This document shows, one piece after another, positions 10,103 through 19,788 of a DNA stretch of 53,336 bases (positions are counted from its first letter, which is position 1; every line of letters begins with the position of its first letter). The notes below the pieces were generated by a model. That model had not been told where the DNA came from. It saw only the letters and a program-made list of their open reading frames with translations, and ran no database searches. This stretch comes from Sphingobacteriia bacterium (lineage in GTDB: Bacteria; Bacteroidota; Bacteroidia; J057; RFSG01). A program made the translations under genes and the position numbers. The stretch covers positions 1 to 53,336 of the forward strand of contig RFSG01000004.1 of NCBI GenBank assembly GCA_009924095.1, read 5' to 3'.

Positions 10103-11146
10103 TTAATTAAACCCTAATTCTATTAATTTTTGGATTATACTTTCTGGCTTGATAGATTGGAAGTTTTGTTGAGATGTTTTTTTATTTACACAAAAAGTAT
10201 CAAAGGATTCGTGAGGTGGTAATAAGGTATTTCTTTTTTCTTGTTGGTAAGGGCCCCAACGAATCGGATGACAAGCAGGATAGGTGCTATAAAATCCCAA
10301 GAGGGGAACATTAAAGGCTCTGGCAATATGTAATGGGCCTGAACTATTTCCAATAAAAAAAGAACTGAACGAGATTAACGCCATTAACTCGGTTAAATTC
10401 CACATTCCAGCAGTATTATAAATTCGGTTAGTATCTAATGCTTGTAAGGAATCGCCTAATGTTTTTTCTGAGGGCCCTCCGGTAATTACAATTTTTTTAT
10501 CTCCCGGTAATTGTCTAATGGTTGTTTTTAAAATATCTATTGGTAAATCAATCGCAGAACCCCCACTTCCAGGATGAATAATAATAAATGAATTTAGGGA
10601 TTGCTCCTGTATAAATTGTTTAACCCTATTAATTGAGGCTACTGGTAAGGTAAATGGAAAGGATATATTTTCATTTTCAGGTAACAATCTCCAGGGAGAT
10701 AATAATTGAAGATTATAGGTTAATTCATTACAAACTGGGCGTTTCCGACTTTGATACAGTGGTAAATTATATCTCCATCCATGCCAACGTAATCCGGGTC
10801 CCATCCGAAATGGAATTTTAGCTTCGTACACCAACGTTGCAATTCTAGACTTAGAATTGGGTACTATCACCAAATCATAATTTTGGTTATAAATTTCTTT
10901 ACTAAATGATTTCCAATCTTTTTCAAGTGGTAATGCCCAAGCCTTATCCACTCCTACAAAACATTCGGCTAATGGTTGTGTATAAGGGGTAACCAGCACC
11001 TCCGTTTGTAGATGCGGTGCCAGCTTTTTCAATTCGGTAACTAAGGGTAAGGTTAGGATTACATCTCCAATTCGGTCTTGCCTTACGAGTAATACTTTAT
11101 GGATTTCCTCTAACCTGGGATATGTTGGGTTCCAGGGCAATTTCAT
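10103..11146 (-). CDS. Glycosyltransferase family 9 (heptosyltransferase-like)
   Basis: RQDRIGDVILT, IHPGSGG, GNSSGPLHIA, RWGP motifs. Confidence 0.9.
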   Translation of the reverse strand: MKLPWNPTYPRLEEIHKVLLVRQDRIGDVILTLPLVTELKKLAPHLQTEVLVTPYTQPLAECFVGVDKAWALPLEKDWKSFSKEIYNQNYDLVIVPNSKSRIATLVYEAKIPFRMGPGLRWHGWRYNLPLYQSRKRPVCNELTYNLQLLSPWRLLPENENISFPFTLPVASINRVKQFIQEQSLNSFIIIHPGSGGSAIDLPIDILKTTIRQLPGDKKIVITGGPSEKTLGDSLQALDTNRIYNTAGMWNLTELMALISFSSFFIGNSSGPLHIARAFNVPLLGFYSTYPACHPIRWGPYQQEKRNTLLPPHESFDTFCVNKKTSQQNFQSIKPESIIQKLIELGFN

Positions 11147-12447
11147 GGTTCAGCAAGTGTGGCTTTTTCCGAGCGATTAATCACTACGGCTGCAGTAATA
11201 TCTCCGGTTACATTTAGTACGGTACGGCTCATATCCAAGATACGATCAGCCCCGTAAATCAAGGTTATACTTTCCCCGGGTATTCCGACCGACATCAAAA
11301 CGGTAACCATTAAAGGTAAAGACCCCCCTGGAACGCCAGCAGTACCAATGCCTGCAAGCACCGACATCACTACAACTGTAATTTGTTGGGTGAGGGTAAG
11401 ATCTACCCCAAAACATTGCGCTAAAAACAAAACGGTAATCCCTTCATATAAAGCGGTTCCATTTTGATTGGCGGTACTTCCTACGGTTAATACAAAGTTG
11501 GCGATCTCTCTGGGGATTTTTAATTTCTCTACCGTAACCCTGATGGCATCGGGTAAAGAAGCATTACTCGAACTGGTGGCAAAGGCCGTCAGCATAACTT
11601 CCCGAATGTTCTTAAAAAAGAAGATCGGATTCATCCCTCCTAAAAATCTAACTGCTAAACTATAAGTGCCAAACTGGTGAATCGCTAAAGCGACCAATAC
11701 CAGAATGACATATTTTAAGATCATTAACAAAACCCCATACCCTAGGTTTGCCGTAAGCTGAAACAGCAAAGCGGCTACCCCGAAGGGTGCCAATTGCATG
11801 GCATAGCCAATGATCTTCATCACGATTTCATACAACCCCTCCAAAAACTTTCGAAAGGTTTGCGTTTTATCCGGATCGGCACTAGATAAGGCAATGCCCA
11901 TCATTACGGATAAAAACATCACTGCGAGCAAACCGCCTCCAGTGTAAGTAGGGTCAAAGGCTCGAACCATATCTTCCAATGGATTGCGGGGAACGATTTT
12001 GGTAATCAGGTCGCCGGGAGCCTGAGCTTGCGCTACGGTAACGTTTTCTTTAACCTTTTGATAATTGCCTGCATATTGCTGTAACAAAGTAGTTCTGTCC
12101 GTTTCCGACATTCCATCACCAGGTCTGAATATTTCTACCATCGTGATGCCAATGAGTACAGATATCCCGGTGATGAGAATAGAATATCCCAGGGTTTTCA
12201 TGCCAATTCTACCAATTCTTCTGAGGTCTCCTAATTCTGCCACTCCTAAGGTTAGGGCTGAGAAAATTAAGGGAATGACCATCATAAAGATCATCCGTAA
12301 AAAAATATCACCAACCGGTTTTAAGCAGGCAATGATAAATTGTAAGGTCTCCGCAGGGAGGTCTGCTTGACGACAAATCAACCCCAGCGCCGCACCGGTG
12401 ATCATCCCGACAAATATGCGGGCATGCAGAGGAAAAGAAAACCGCAT
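11143..12447 (-). CDS. Dicarboxylate/amino acid:cation symporter (DAACS, GltP-like)
   Basis: AFATSSSNASLP, ANQNGTALYE, AGVPGG, DRILDMSRTVLNVTGD. Confidence 0.93.
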   Translation of the reverse strand: MRFSFPLHARIFVGMITGAALGLICRQADLPAETLQFIIACLKPVGDIFLRMIFMMVIPLIFSALTLGVAELGDLRRIGRIGMKTLGYSILITGISVLIGITMVEIFRPGDGMSETDRTTLLQQYAGNYQKVKENVTVAQAQAPGDLITKIVPRNPLEDMVRAFDPTYTGGGLLAVMFLSVMMGIALSSADPDKTQTFRKFLEGLYEIVMKIIGYAMQLAPFGVAALLFQLTANLGYGVLLMILKYVILVLVALAIHQFGTYSLAVRFLGGMNPIFFFKNIREVMLTAFATSSSNASLPDAIRVTVEKLKIPREIANFVLTVGSTANQNGTALYEGITVLFLAQCFGVDLTLTQQITVVVMSVLAGIGTAGVPGGSLPLMVTVLMSVGIPGESITLIYGADRILDMSRTVLNVTGDITAAVVINRSEKATLAEP

Positions 12448-12480
12448 AGGTAAAGTTAAGGATTTAGAAATAGCAGTTTA

Positions 12481-13920
12481 TCAATATTCAAGATATTGGA
12501 AAGGCACACTAGGCCCCTGGGTTTCTTGAAATACCCAAATTAAAAGTAAGGCAATTACAATTGCCTGACCCATCCATCCTATTCGAATAAATTGTTGTTG
12601 ACTCCAACTAAATATCTTTCCGGGTAAAAATTCAAATAAAGCCCCTACCCCTAAGCAGGTTAAGGGCCAACGATAGGTTTCTATCCAAGTGAAAAATAAA
12701 TGTCCTTGAAAACGAGAGAACATACTTTCCATCATATACATCGCAGAAGTTATATCAGTGGTGCGAAAAATAAGGGCAGTAAAAACTACCACATGGAAGG
12801 TAAGGAACCAGGCGAAACAATTAAAAAGTTGTTTTGGTAAAAAGGAAAAAAATGACTGAATCGGAGTCCTCCATAGAATCTCCCCAGCTAACCAAATTCC
12901 ATGTAAACCACCCCATAAGATATACGTCCATGCTGGGCCATGCCATAATCCTGATAAAATAAAAGTAAGCAATACCGATAGGCCCGCGCCCCATCTTCCC
13001 CAACTTCTCCAATTAAAATTTAAAGGCGTAAATACATAATCTCTGAACCATTGCGACATAGAAATATGCCAACGCTTCCAAAAAGTAGAGAGGCTTAAGG
13101 ATCGTAAAGGCCTGTCGAAATTAGGGCTTAGACGTATCCCTAATAATAAACTTATTCCCATGACCAACAAGGAATATCCCCCAAAATCCAGATAGAGTTG
13201 AAACAACCATCCATAAGCAGCAAACAGATGTTCCATCCCCGAAAACAAACCGGGATTATCAAACACCCTATCCACCCAATTCATCCCTAAGGCATCGGCT
13301 AACCAGTATTTTTGTAAGATCCCTACTGTAATTAAAAAGTACCCTTCTCCCGCCTCAGTAGTATTGGGTTTTTGCAAAGTATTAAATTGAGGCAATAATT
13401 CAGTAGCACGGGAAATAGGTCCTGCTAAAACATTCGGAAACCAGGATACATATAATAGATACGTAAGGAAGTTTTTCTCAGGTTGTATGATTTCTTCCCG
13501 ATGTACATCGAGGGTATAGCTGAAATTTTTAAAAATATAAAAGGATAATCCAATCGGCGCAACCCATTTCAGCCAAAGCGGAGCGGAAGCTCCTTGAAAA
13601 CTGAGTACCGTATCCGTGAAAAACCAGGTATATTTAAAAATCAATAAAGTGCCAATGTTCAGTAAAAATGATAACCAAAGTAGATAATCTCGTTGTTTAT
13701 CATTTGCCTTCACCATCTGCTGCACCAGTACAAAGTCTGCCAACGCAAGACCTGCTAACAGCACCACCCAATATCCTGAGAAAGAAAAATAAAAGAGTAG
13801 GCTAAAGCCTAATAAAATTACATTTCGCAGCTTAACACTTTTCACCCCAAAGGCAAGCACCGCCAGGATAATAGTAAATAAGAATATAAACTGAGGGGAG
13901 GAAAAATGTAAGGGGATCAT
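12481..13920 (-). CDS. MBOAT family O-acyltransferase (PatA/AlgI/DltB-like)
   Basis: PIGLSFYIF, AGPI, LYLDFGGYS, NF.RP, FWKRWHISMSQWFRDYVF, SGLWHG (catalytic His); C-terminus PFQYLEY. Confidence 0.93.
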   Translation of the reverse strand: MIPLHFSSPQFIFLFTIILAVLAFGVKSVKLRNVILLGFSLLFYFSFSGYWVVLLAGLALADFVLVQQMVKANDKQRDYLLWLSFLLNIGTLLIFKYTWFFTDTVLSFQGASAPLWLKWVAPIGLSFYIFKNFSYTLDVHREEIIQPEKNFLTYLLYVSWFPNVLAGPISRATELLPQFNTLQKPNTTEAGEGYFLITVGILQKYWLADALGMNWVDRVFDNPGLFSGMEHLFAAYGWLFQLYLDFGGYSLLVMGISLLLGIRLSPNFDRPLRSLSLSTFWKRWHISMSQWFRDYVFTPLNFNWRSWGRWGAGLSVLLTFILSGLWHGPAWTYILWGGLHGIWLAGEILWRTPIQSFFSFLPKQLFNCFAWFLTFHVVVFTALIFRTTDITSAMYMMESMFSRFQGHLFFTWIETYRWPLTCLGVGALFEFLPGKIFSWSQQQFIRIGWMGQAIVIALLLIWVFQETQGPSVPFQYLEY

Positions 13921-15647
13921 CAGGGCAAAATTAATTTATCTCCTGGGTGAAGGTCTTCGGCGCCAGGTCCATTCAGCTTGCGAATTTCTTCCACAGTTAC
14001 TTGAAATTTCTTGGCAATCTCCCAAAGATTATCTCCACTCTTTACAATATAGGGAGTTCGAGGAACCGGGACTGGGCGCGCACTTTTAAGTGGGGCAGGT
14101 TTTGCAGGAATTACCTCTTTTTTTACCTTCAGGGTTTGTCCGATTTTTAACCGATCTGAAGTGATGCCATTCCAGGATTTTAGCTGAGAAACGGTAGTAT
14201 GATAAACTTCCGCAATTTCACTTAAGGTTTCTCCTGATTTTACAGTATGCATCTTCCAAGTAGCGGTTGAAGTTGTAGTAGGAGTAGGGGTTTTGATAAG
14301 CTCTTTAAGTTCAGGGGTAGAAGAGGTGGGAAACTCAGTATTGGGAATAGGTTCCTTAAGAACAAAAGAGCTTGAAGCATTGGATAACCATTGACGGTAG
14401 GCATACAAATAAGCGTTAAAATATAATTCTGCTTTCAGTTCATATCCACTAACCGTAAGATGTACCCGGTCGGGTTTCGCAAGTTTTTGTTGATACCATT
14501 TTTGCATGGCATATTGGCCACCACTCACCTGATAATAATCATAAAAGGCACAATCTTTTTCAAAGGCAATGGCTCGGGCAACGCTGGCAAAACGTTTACA
14601 TTCCGCCACATTCTTTTTCCGGCAATATACATCCTGAGAACAGGTAACTAAAATGGATATACCCGGACAAACCGCACGCATGATGTTGATTAAGTTCCTG
14701 AGATTATCTTCGAACACGGGTTGATCCATCACACGGGGATAAAAATCATTTGCCCCTAAATCAATTACTACCAAATCAGGATTCAATTCTCGAAGTTGTT
14801 CTGGCATTAAGCCTTGACGCAATAAGCTGGTATATCCTGCTCCATTAATTCCTACACTTGCATATAACATTCCGGTGGTATCTGTATTTTCTAAGGATAA
14901 CCCATAACATTGAAAATACGCTGCATTTTCATCTCTTGCAGATAGCCTTATGGTAAATGAACTGGGAGCATAGGGCAAACGAACTTGGGCATAAGGTTTT
15001 CCATCTTCGGTTTCCATGGGAACCCATAAGGTGTCACCAGAAGGAAGGCATACCAGCAGATCATAGGAATGATCATTTCTATCACCATAAATTTTTAGGA
15101 TACGATCTTCAGGATGTAAAAACCCCTCTCTAAATTCAATCTTAAATCCTGCTGAAACATCTTCCGTATAAATAGTAACACCGCAAAGACCTAACGTAAA
15201 ATCGGGGGTTGTTTGAATGTTTTTGGCATATCTCCAATACCCAAAGGAAGACGTTCTATAATCCATGGTGCTATGGGTTCCTGCGGAGGCATAAGGGAAG
15301 ATAAATCCTCTACCTCCTGATCCAAAGGTTGCCCGCATTTTTTGCCGTAACACCCCAGTGAAAAAATCTGCTTGCACATGCGAATCGCCCATATGCAGGA
15401 CCTTTACTTTCTTTTGATTGGAGGATTCTAATGCAGTAAAAAATTTTTCCAGTGCAATTGGACTATCCCATTCCAGTGAGTTTTGAGCATATCGAATAAA
15501 GGGATATTTACGGCTATATCCTTCTCTTGACTTAATATACAAAGAGTCACCGGGTCGGGTGATTTCAAGGGAAAGAGGCTGAGCATTAGAATACCCTAAT
15601 CCTAAGACCCATTGAAACATCCATAACCAACAATAGAGTAAAGACAT
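13920..15647 (-). CDS. SGNH/GDSL hydrolase-family protein with two C-terminal LysM domains (Ape/PatB-like)
   Basis: GDSH, GINGA, LGAND, DRVH; LysM repeats [13 protein letters not shown] and [13 protein letters not shown]; TGATG overlaps with both neighbours. Confidence 0.88.
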   Translation of the reverse strand: MSLLYCWLWMFQWVLGLGYSNAQPLSLEITRPGDSLYIKSREGYSRKYPFIRYAQNSLEWDSPIALEKFFTALESSNQKKVKVLHMGDSHVQADFFTGVLRQKMRATFGSGGRGFIFPYASAGTHSTMDYRTSSFGYWRYAKNIQTTPDFTLGLCGVTIYTEDVSAGFKIEFREGFLHPEDRILKIYGDRNDHSYDLLVCLPSGDTLWVPMETEDGKPYAQVRLPYAPSSFTIRLSARDENAAYFQCYGLSLENTDTTGMLYASVGINGAGYTSLLRQGLMPEQLRELNPDLVVIDLGANDFYPRVMDQPVFEDNLRNLINIMRAVCPGISILVTCSQDVYCRKKNVAECKRFASVARAIAFEKDCAFYDYYQVSGGQYAMQKWYQQKLAKPDRVHLTVSGYELKAELYFNAYLYAYRQWLSNASSSFVLKEPIPNTEFPTSSTPELKELIKTPTPTTTSTATWKMHTVKSGETLSEIAEVYHTTVSQLKSWNGITSDRLKIGQTLKVKKEVIPAKPAPLKSARPVPVPRTPYIVKSGDNLWEIAKKFQVTVEEIRKLNGPGAEDLHPGDKLILP

Positions 15648-17065
15648 CAACGGGAGGGGGATTGAGTTTGAAGGTATAGTTGATAGCCTTGCATCAAGTC
15701 TTCATAGAGTTTACGGGCAATTAAGGCTTGTCCATTGGGGCTTAAATGTCCATCTAAGGATGCTAATTTTTGTTCATGCCAAGTAAGCAGAGATCGCTCT
15801 CCTCCCATAGCTGCATATAAATCCCAGAAAGCACAACCTGCGCGCACCGCAGCAGATTTTTGGGCATCTCTAAACTTCACCAAAAAGGGATAATCATTTT
15901 CCTTTCCGCCCTCTCTTAACACCATATCCCCCACACCAATTACCAATATTGAAGTTTCAGGAAGCAGGCGTTTTAAGCGGACAAAGATGGAATAATACAA
16001 TTCTTCAAACTGTTTACATTCTTCTGGGGAATCTAAATAAGGAATGGCATTATTGCCGTATTGTAATATCATTAATTTAAATGGCTTTCCTTGGGTTTGA
16101 ATAATTTCGGATGGGATTTTAAGCAGACCTTCTCCACTGTGTCCACGTATTCCAAAATTATGCAAATAAACCCCTTGACTTGAATACGTATTGATTCCAT
16201 AAAAAACGGGAGAACGTGAGGATTGAAATTCTAATTTAACCTTACGGGAATTAGGTGAGATGGGCAATACCCATGTATTACAAAGCTCAGTACCCGTAAG
16301 GGAAAACGTGGTGATTAGAGAATCCCCGGACCATAGTTTTACGCCACAAGGATCGGTTACTTTTCCATAATTCAACACTGCAGTGTCGTATCTTACTTCG
16401 GGTAAAAAATGCAGCTGAACAAAAGCACTTCCCCCATCAATTACCTGAGTGCGTATGCTATCGGGGGATATAGACTCTTTAAGTATTGTGCGTTCAAATC
16501 GAAAGGCGGTACCGGACAATCCATATTCTCCTGTACTGAGTTTTTGTTGAAAAACCGTATGCCGCTTCCAGTTTAAGGAGCCTTTTCTGTCATAAAGATA
16601 TACCGAAGCCGGGTCAGACATAGGGATAAACCCAATCCCTTTTCCCCCAAATTGTTTTTGAAATAATTTTCGAAGCGGACTTGAGATTCGATCCCCTTCA
16701 ATTTGGGAATCCCCATAATGCCCGATATGGATGGGCGTTCCTTCGGAATATTTTTGTAAGGCTTGATAAAAGGGAAACAGGGCTGTGCTGGAATTATGGT
16801 CAGGGTTCAGCAGAAACCCAGCCGTATACTCAGATGCAACCGCGCTGGTATCAGGAGTGATGACCGCTTCTGTTTCAGACAAAGAACTATATTGTTTTAT
16901 AAGGCTATCGCTGGTTGCACTTTGTTGGGCAGCCACTTGTGCCTTTTCCCAATTCAGGCTTAGGTCCGGAAAGTGTATATGTTTATTATCCCGAAAAATA
17001 AATCGAAACAAACCCAGGAGCAGACCCACGCCTAATAAGGTATAAACTGCAGAACGTGCAGGCAT
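15647..17065 (-). CDS. Membrane-anchored SGNH-family acyltransferase (PatB-like)
   Basis: N-terminal [35 protein letters not shown]. Confidence 0.82.
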   Translation of the reverse strand: MPARSAVYTLLGVGLLLGLFRFIFRDNKHIHFPDLSLNWEKAQVAAQQSATSDSLIKQYSSLSETEAVITPDTSAVASEYTAGFLLNPDHNSSTALFPFYQALQKYSEGTPIHIGHYGDSQIEGDRISSPLRKLFQKQFGGKGIGFIPMSDPASVYLYDRKGSLNWKRHTVFQQKLSTGEYGLSGTAFRFERTILKESISPDSIRTQVIDGGSAFVQLHFLPEVRYDTAVLNYGKVTDPCGVKLWSGDSLITTFSLTGTELCNTWVLPISPNSRKVKLEFQSSRSPVFYGINTYSSQGVYLHNFGIRGHSGEGLLKIPSEIIQTQGKPFKLMILQYGNNAIPYLDSPEECKQFEELYYSIFVRLKRLLPETSILVIGVGDMVLREGGKENDYPFLVKFRDAQKSAAVRAGCAFWDLYAAMGGERSLLTWHEQKLASLDGHLSPNGQALIARKLYEDLMQGYQLYLQTQSPSR

Positions 17066-17067
17066 GA

Positions 17068-17310
17068 TCAGGGATTAAGTTTGGATTCTATCAATTGAAC
17101 CAGGTCACCTACATTTTTGAGAGAGGTTAATTCCCGAAGTTTAAATTTCAGGTTAAAGTGTTTTTCGATTTCATTAATTAAGGTAAGATGGGTAAGGGAA
17201 TCCCATTTTGCTACATCGTTAGCGGTTAAGGTAAGGGTAAGTTCTAAATCAGGTTCAGAGAATATTTTTCTGAAGATGGGGGTAAGTTGGGATAATAGCG
17301 GATGGGTCAT
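17068..17310 (-). CDS. Acyl/aminoacyl carrier protein (80 aa)
   Basis: WDSL phosphopantetheine site, IEKHF, NVGDLV; ATG at 17310; stop lies 2 nt before the SGNH ATG. Confidence 0.9.
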   Translation of the reverse strand: MTHPLLSQLTPIFRKIFSEPDLELTLTLTANDVAKWDSLTHLTLINEIEKHFNLKFKLRELTSLKNVGDLVQLIESKLNP

Positions 17311-17381
17311 GTATAGATTAAAGTTGGGTGCCTGCAAAACCGGTTTGGTATTATTCTTTTTCCGATAGTGAGTTTTGATAA

Positions 17382-17389
17382 CAAATTTA
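17382..17389 (-). promoter_or_regulatory. Bacteroidota -7 promoter element TAAATTTG, proximal to the ACP gene
   Basis: Exact TAnnTTTG on the minus strand about 70 nt upstream of the ACP ATG. Confidence 0.5.
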
Positions 17390-17529
17390 CCATTTTCGTT
17401 CACCAATTTATAAAGGTTCTCTGAGGTTGCTCCGCAGGGGTATTAAATAGTAAAGGTTCGCCTCTTTAGGTATGATTTACGTTTATAGGTTGATGTATTT
17501 GTAATCTTGACCTAAATTTTCATCAAGCG

Positions 17530-17537
17530 CAAATTTA
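17530..17537 (-). promoter_or_regulatory. Bacteroidota -7 promoter element TAAATTTG(CG), distal
   Basis: Exact TAnnTTTG followed by C on the minus strand, about 220 nt upstream of the ACP ATG. Confidence 0.55.
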
Positions 17538-17582
17538 CAAACGGCATATAAGGTATTGGGTATTGGGATGCAACAAGACATT

Positions 17583-17627
17583 AAACGGATTTAAGGATTT
17601 CACAGCGTGAAATAAAATAATCCGTTT
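17583..17627 (-). terminator. Interrupted hairpin right after the GNAT stop (terminator or RNA-processing stem)
   Basis: AAACGGATT...ATTTCAC-AGC-GTGAAAT...AATCCGTTT nested inverted repeat. Confidence 0.5.
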
Positions 17628-18322
17628 CATCCATTTACCTCACCCTTGGATTGATACATTATCCAACTAATCTGTTGTTCAGCCCTCTTCACCATAGATA
17701 CTCTGCATTTCCCGGGATATAATTCTTCAATGTTGGGGTCTTCACTGCACACACGATTGGTTTCAATAAATCCGAAGCGGGAATACGATTGAATCGCACC
17801 TACGTTCTGGTTGCTTACCTGAATTTCAATTGAAGTCTCTTGGGGAAATTGTGTAATTACATAATTTAATAAGGCCTGAAGATTGCCCTCTTTGCGGGCT
17901 TCTGGATTGGTATAAATACTTTCCAATTGTAAAAAACCAGGTGTGCGATCCAACTTCAAAGATTGAAATCGTTGTATCCGTTCACTGGCATTGGCTATGG
18001 TTTGACTGTCCACAAAGCTTTTCAGAATCATGGCTTTAATCATAGCAGAAGCTTGCATGCCTTCCCCTTCCTGCCAGGCACTCAAAGTAGAAATGGGTAT
18101 CCCTTGCCGCTCTAAAATATAGAATTGAGAATACGCCCATTCTTGTCCGATTATATCTTCCGTTAGTATTTCAGATAAACATTGAACAAAAGTGTTTTCC
18201 GTCCACTGAAACAAGGCGCACCAGGGAATTACACCGGTGCTTCCTCCCTCGGCAGCCACAATGGCCTTACAAAGCCAGGGGATATCGGACTCCATAGCCT
18301 TACGAATTGTTGCTTCACCCAT
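17627..18322 (-). CDS. GNAT family N-acetyltransferase
   Basis: IRKA...D start, LESIYTNPEARKEG (motif A), NVGAIQSYSRFGF (motif B); overlaps the A-domain gene by 8 nt. Confidence 0.8.
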   Translation of the reverse strand: MGEATIRKAMESDIPWLCKAIVAAEGGSTGVIPWCALFQWTENTFVQCLSEILTEDIIGQEWAYSQFYILERQGIPISTLSAWQEGEGMQASAMIKAMILKSFVDSQTIANASERIQRFQSLKLDRTPGFLQLESIYTNPEARKEGNLQALLNYVITQFPQETSIEIQVSNQNVGAIQSYSRFGFIETNRVCSEDPNIEELYPGKCRVSMVKRAEQQISWIMYQSKGEVNG

Positions 18323-19745
18323 GTATTTTTAAATTCTGTAATGCCTGCCGATCTATCTTGCCATTCACATTTAAAGGGAATTCAGATATTCCATGCCAAT
18401 GATGAGGTACCATGTATGCCGGAACTTTTTCTGCCAGCGGATTTCTCCATCTTTCCGGATGTGTCTCTTCCCCTTCAATAAACGCATGTAGTTCCAGGTT
18501 GCCAACCGTATCCGGAATTGCCAGCACTGCCCCAAGCCGGTTCCCTATTATCTCCCCTAATTGAAATTCTATTTCTCCTAATTCAATTCGATACCCTTGA
18601 ATTTTAACCTGATGATCTAATCTTCCCGTAAACAGCCAATGGGAATTTTGAAGAACAGCCCTATCCCCGGAACGATAAACGAGTTTATCATTATAGTAAA
18701 TTAGTTTATCGTTTGTTTTTGCTGCGTCTTTCCAATAACCGGAAAATAATTGATTTCCCCCAATCATTAGCTCACCGGTTTCAGGGTTTAATGTAAAGTT
18801 AGTTCCAGGCATCGGTTTCCCAATGGAGATAATACCCAACTGATGTTCCCAATATTCGGGATTTTCCGGCAGGGTATAAGTACTGCAAAAAATGGTTGCT
18901 TCGGTTGGTCCATACACATTTCTGAGGGTTGCGTTCGGGATGCAATTTTTCCAGGCTAAGGTGGGCTTTACATTCAGGGCTTCCCCACAGAACAAAGATT
19001 CACGTAAGTCGGGGAAATGTAAATCCTCCATAAACCGATATAAAAGATTCAGGATAGAAGGAACCAACAGTGCAACGGTAATATTTTCCTCTTCTAATAA
19101 ACGAGCAATCGCAAAAGCTTTGATTTCATCCTCAGGAACGGTCACCAAAGTTGCTCCGGAAATTAAAGGAAGCAAGGTGCTAAAAAAGGATAAGTCGAAG
19201 GTGAGATCAAACATTTGTAATACCCGATCTTTCGCATCTACCTTAATTTCTTCTTGAGATACAGCTTCAAAAAAAGCTTGTAAGGCTTTCCAGGAAATCA
19301 TCACACCTTTCGGCTGACCCGTACTTCCGGAGGTAAATAATAGATAAGCGATATTATTTTCAGGCGGGACAGAAAAGTCAGGGGATAAAGGTTGAAATCC
19401 TTCGGGAGGGGTAATGGAATTTGTAAAGGGGATAGGAGATACTATCCAATCCGGATTTATCTGGTTGAGGATTCTTTGGTTTCGATCAATAGGATGGCCT
19501 GGATGTAGAGGAACAGGAATTCGTTGCGTAAGCAGACAAGCGATCAATAAAGCATAGGTGTCAGGATGGTCAGGGCAATATAATACAATCGGTTGTTGAA
19601 CTTGGGTGTTTTCAAGCATCCAATTTGATAAAAACCCAACTCGTTTAGATAACCATTCATAAGAATAAGATTCTCCTCTACAGATTATTGCTGAATGATT
19701 AGAGGCTTGAAGTAAAGAATTGTATAAACCTGAATAAACCGACAT
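18315..19745 (-). CDS. Stand-alone amino-acid adenylation enzyme (DltA/AlmE-like aminoacyl-carrier protein ligase)
   Basis: YLLFTSGSTGQPKGV, FDLS, LFCGE, NVYGPTEAT, YRSGD, GRLDHQVKIQGYRIELGEIE, NGKIDR; no fused PCP or C domain. Confidence 0.88.
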   Translation of the reverse strand: MSVYSGLYNSLLQASNHSAIICRGESYSYEWLSKRVGFLSNWMLENTQVQQPIVLYCPDHPDTYALLIACLLTQRIPVPLHPGHPIDRNQRILNQINPDWIVSPIPFTNSITPPEGFQPLSPDFSVPPENNIAYLLFTSGSTGQPKGVMISWKALQAFFEAVSQEEIKVDAKDRVLQMFDLTFDLSFFSTLLPLISGATLVTVPEDEIKAFAIARLLEEENITVALLVPSILNLLYRFMEDLHFPDLRESLFCGEALNVKPTLAWKNCIPNATLRNVYGPTEATIFCSTYTLPENPEYWEHQLGIISIGKPMPGTNFTLNPETGELMIGGNQLFSGYWKDAAKTNDKLIYYNDKLVYRSGDRAVLQNSHWLFTGRLDHQVKIQGYRIELGEIEFQLGEIIGNRLGAVLAIPDTVGNLELHAFIEGEETHPERWRNPLAEKVPAYMVPHHWHGISEFPLNVNGKIDRQALQNLKIHG

Positions 19746-19788
19746 AAGAAAAGGTAAATAAAATTACTAATTCTCAGAAGTAAGAAGA

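Noticed and set aside
17311-17406. 32-aa N-terminal extension of the ACP in the ORF track
   Set aside because: Begins at a non-ATG codon upstream of the proximal promoter box; ATG 17310 gives a normal 80-aa ACP.
18315-19745. NRPS secondary-metabolite cluster
   Set aside because: No condensation, thioesterase or KS domains nearby; the context is envelope acylation.
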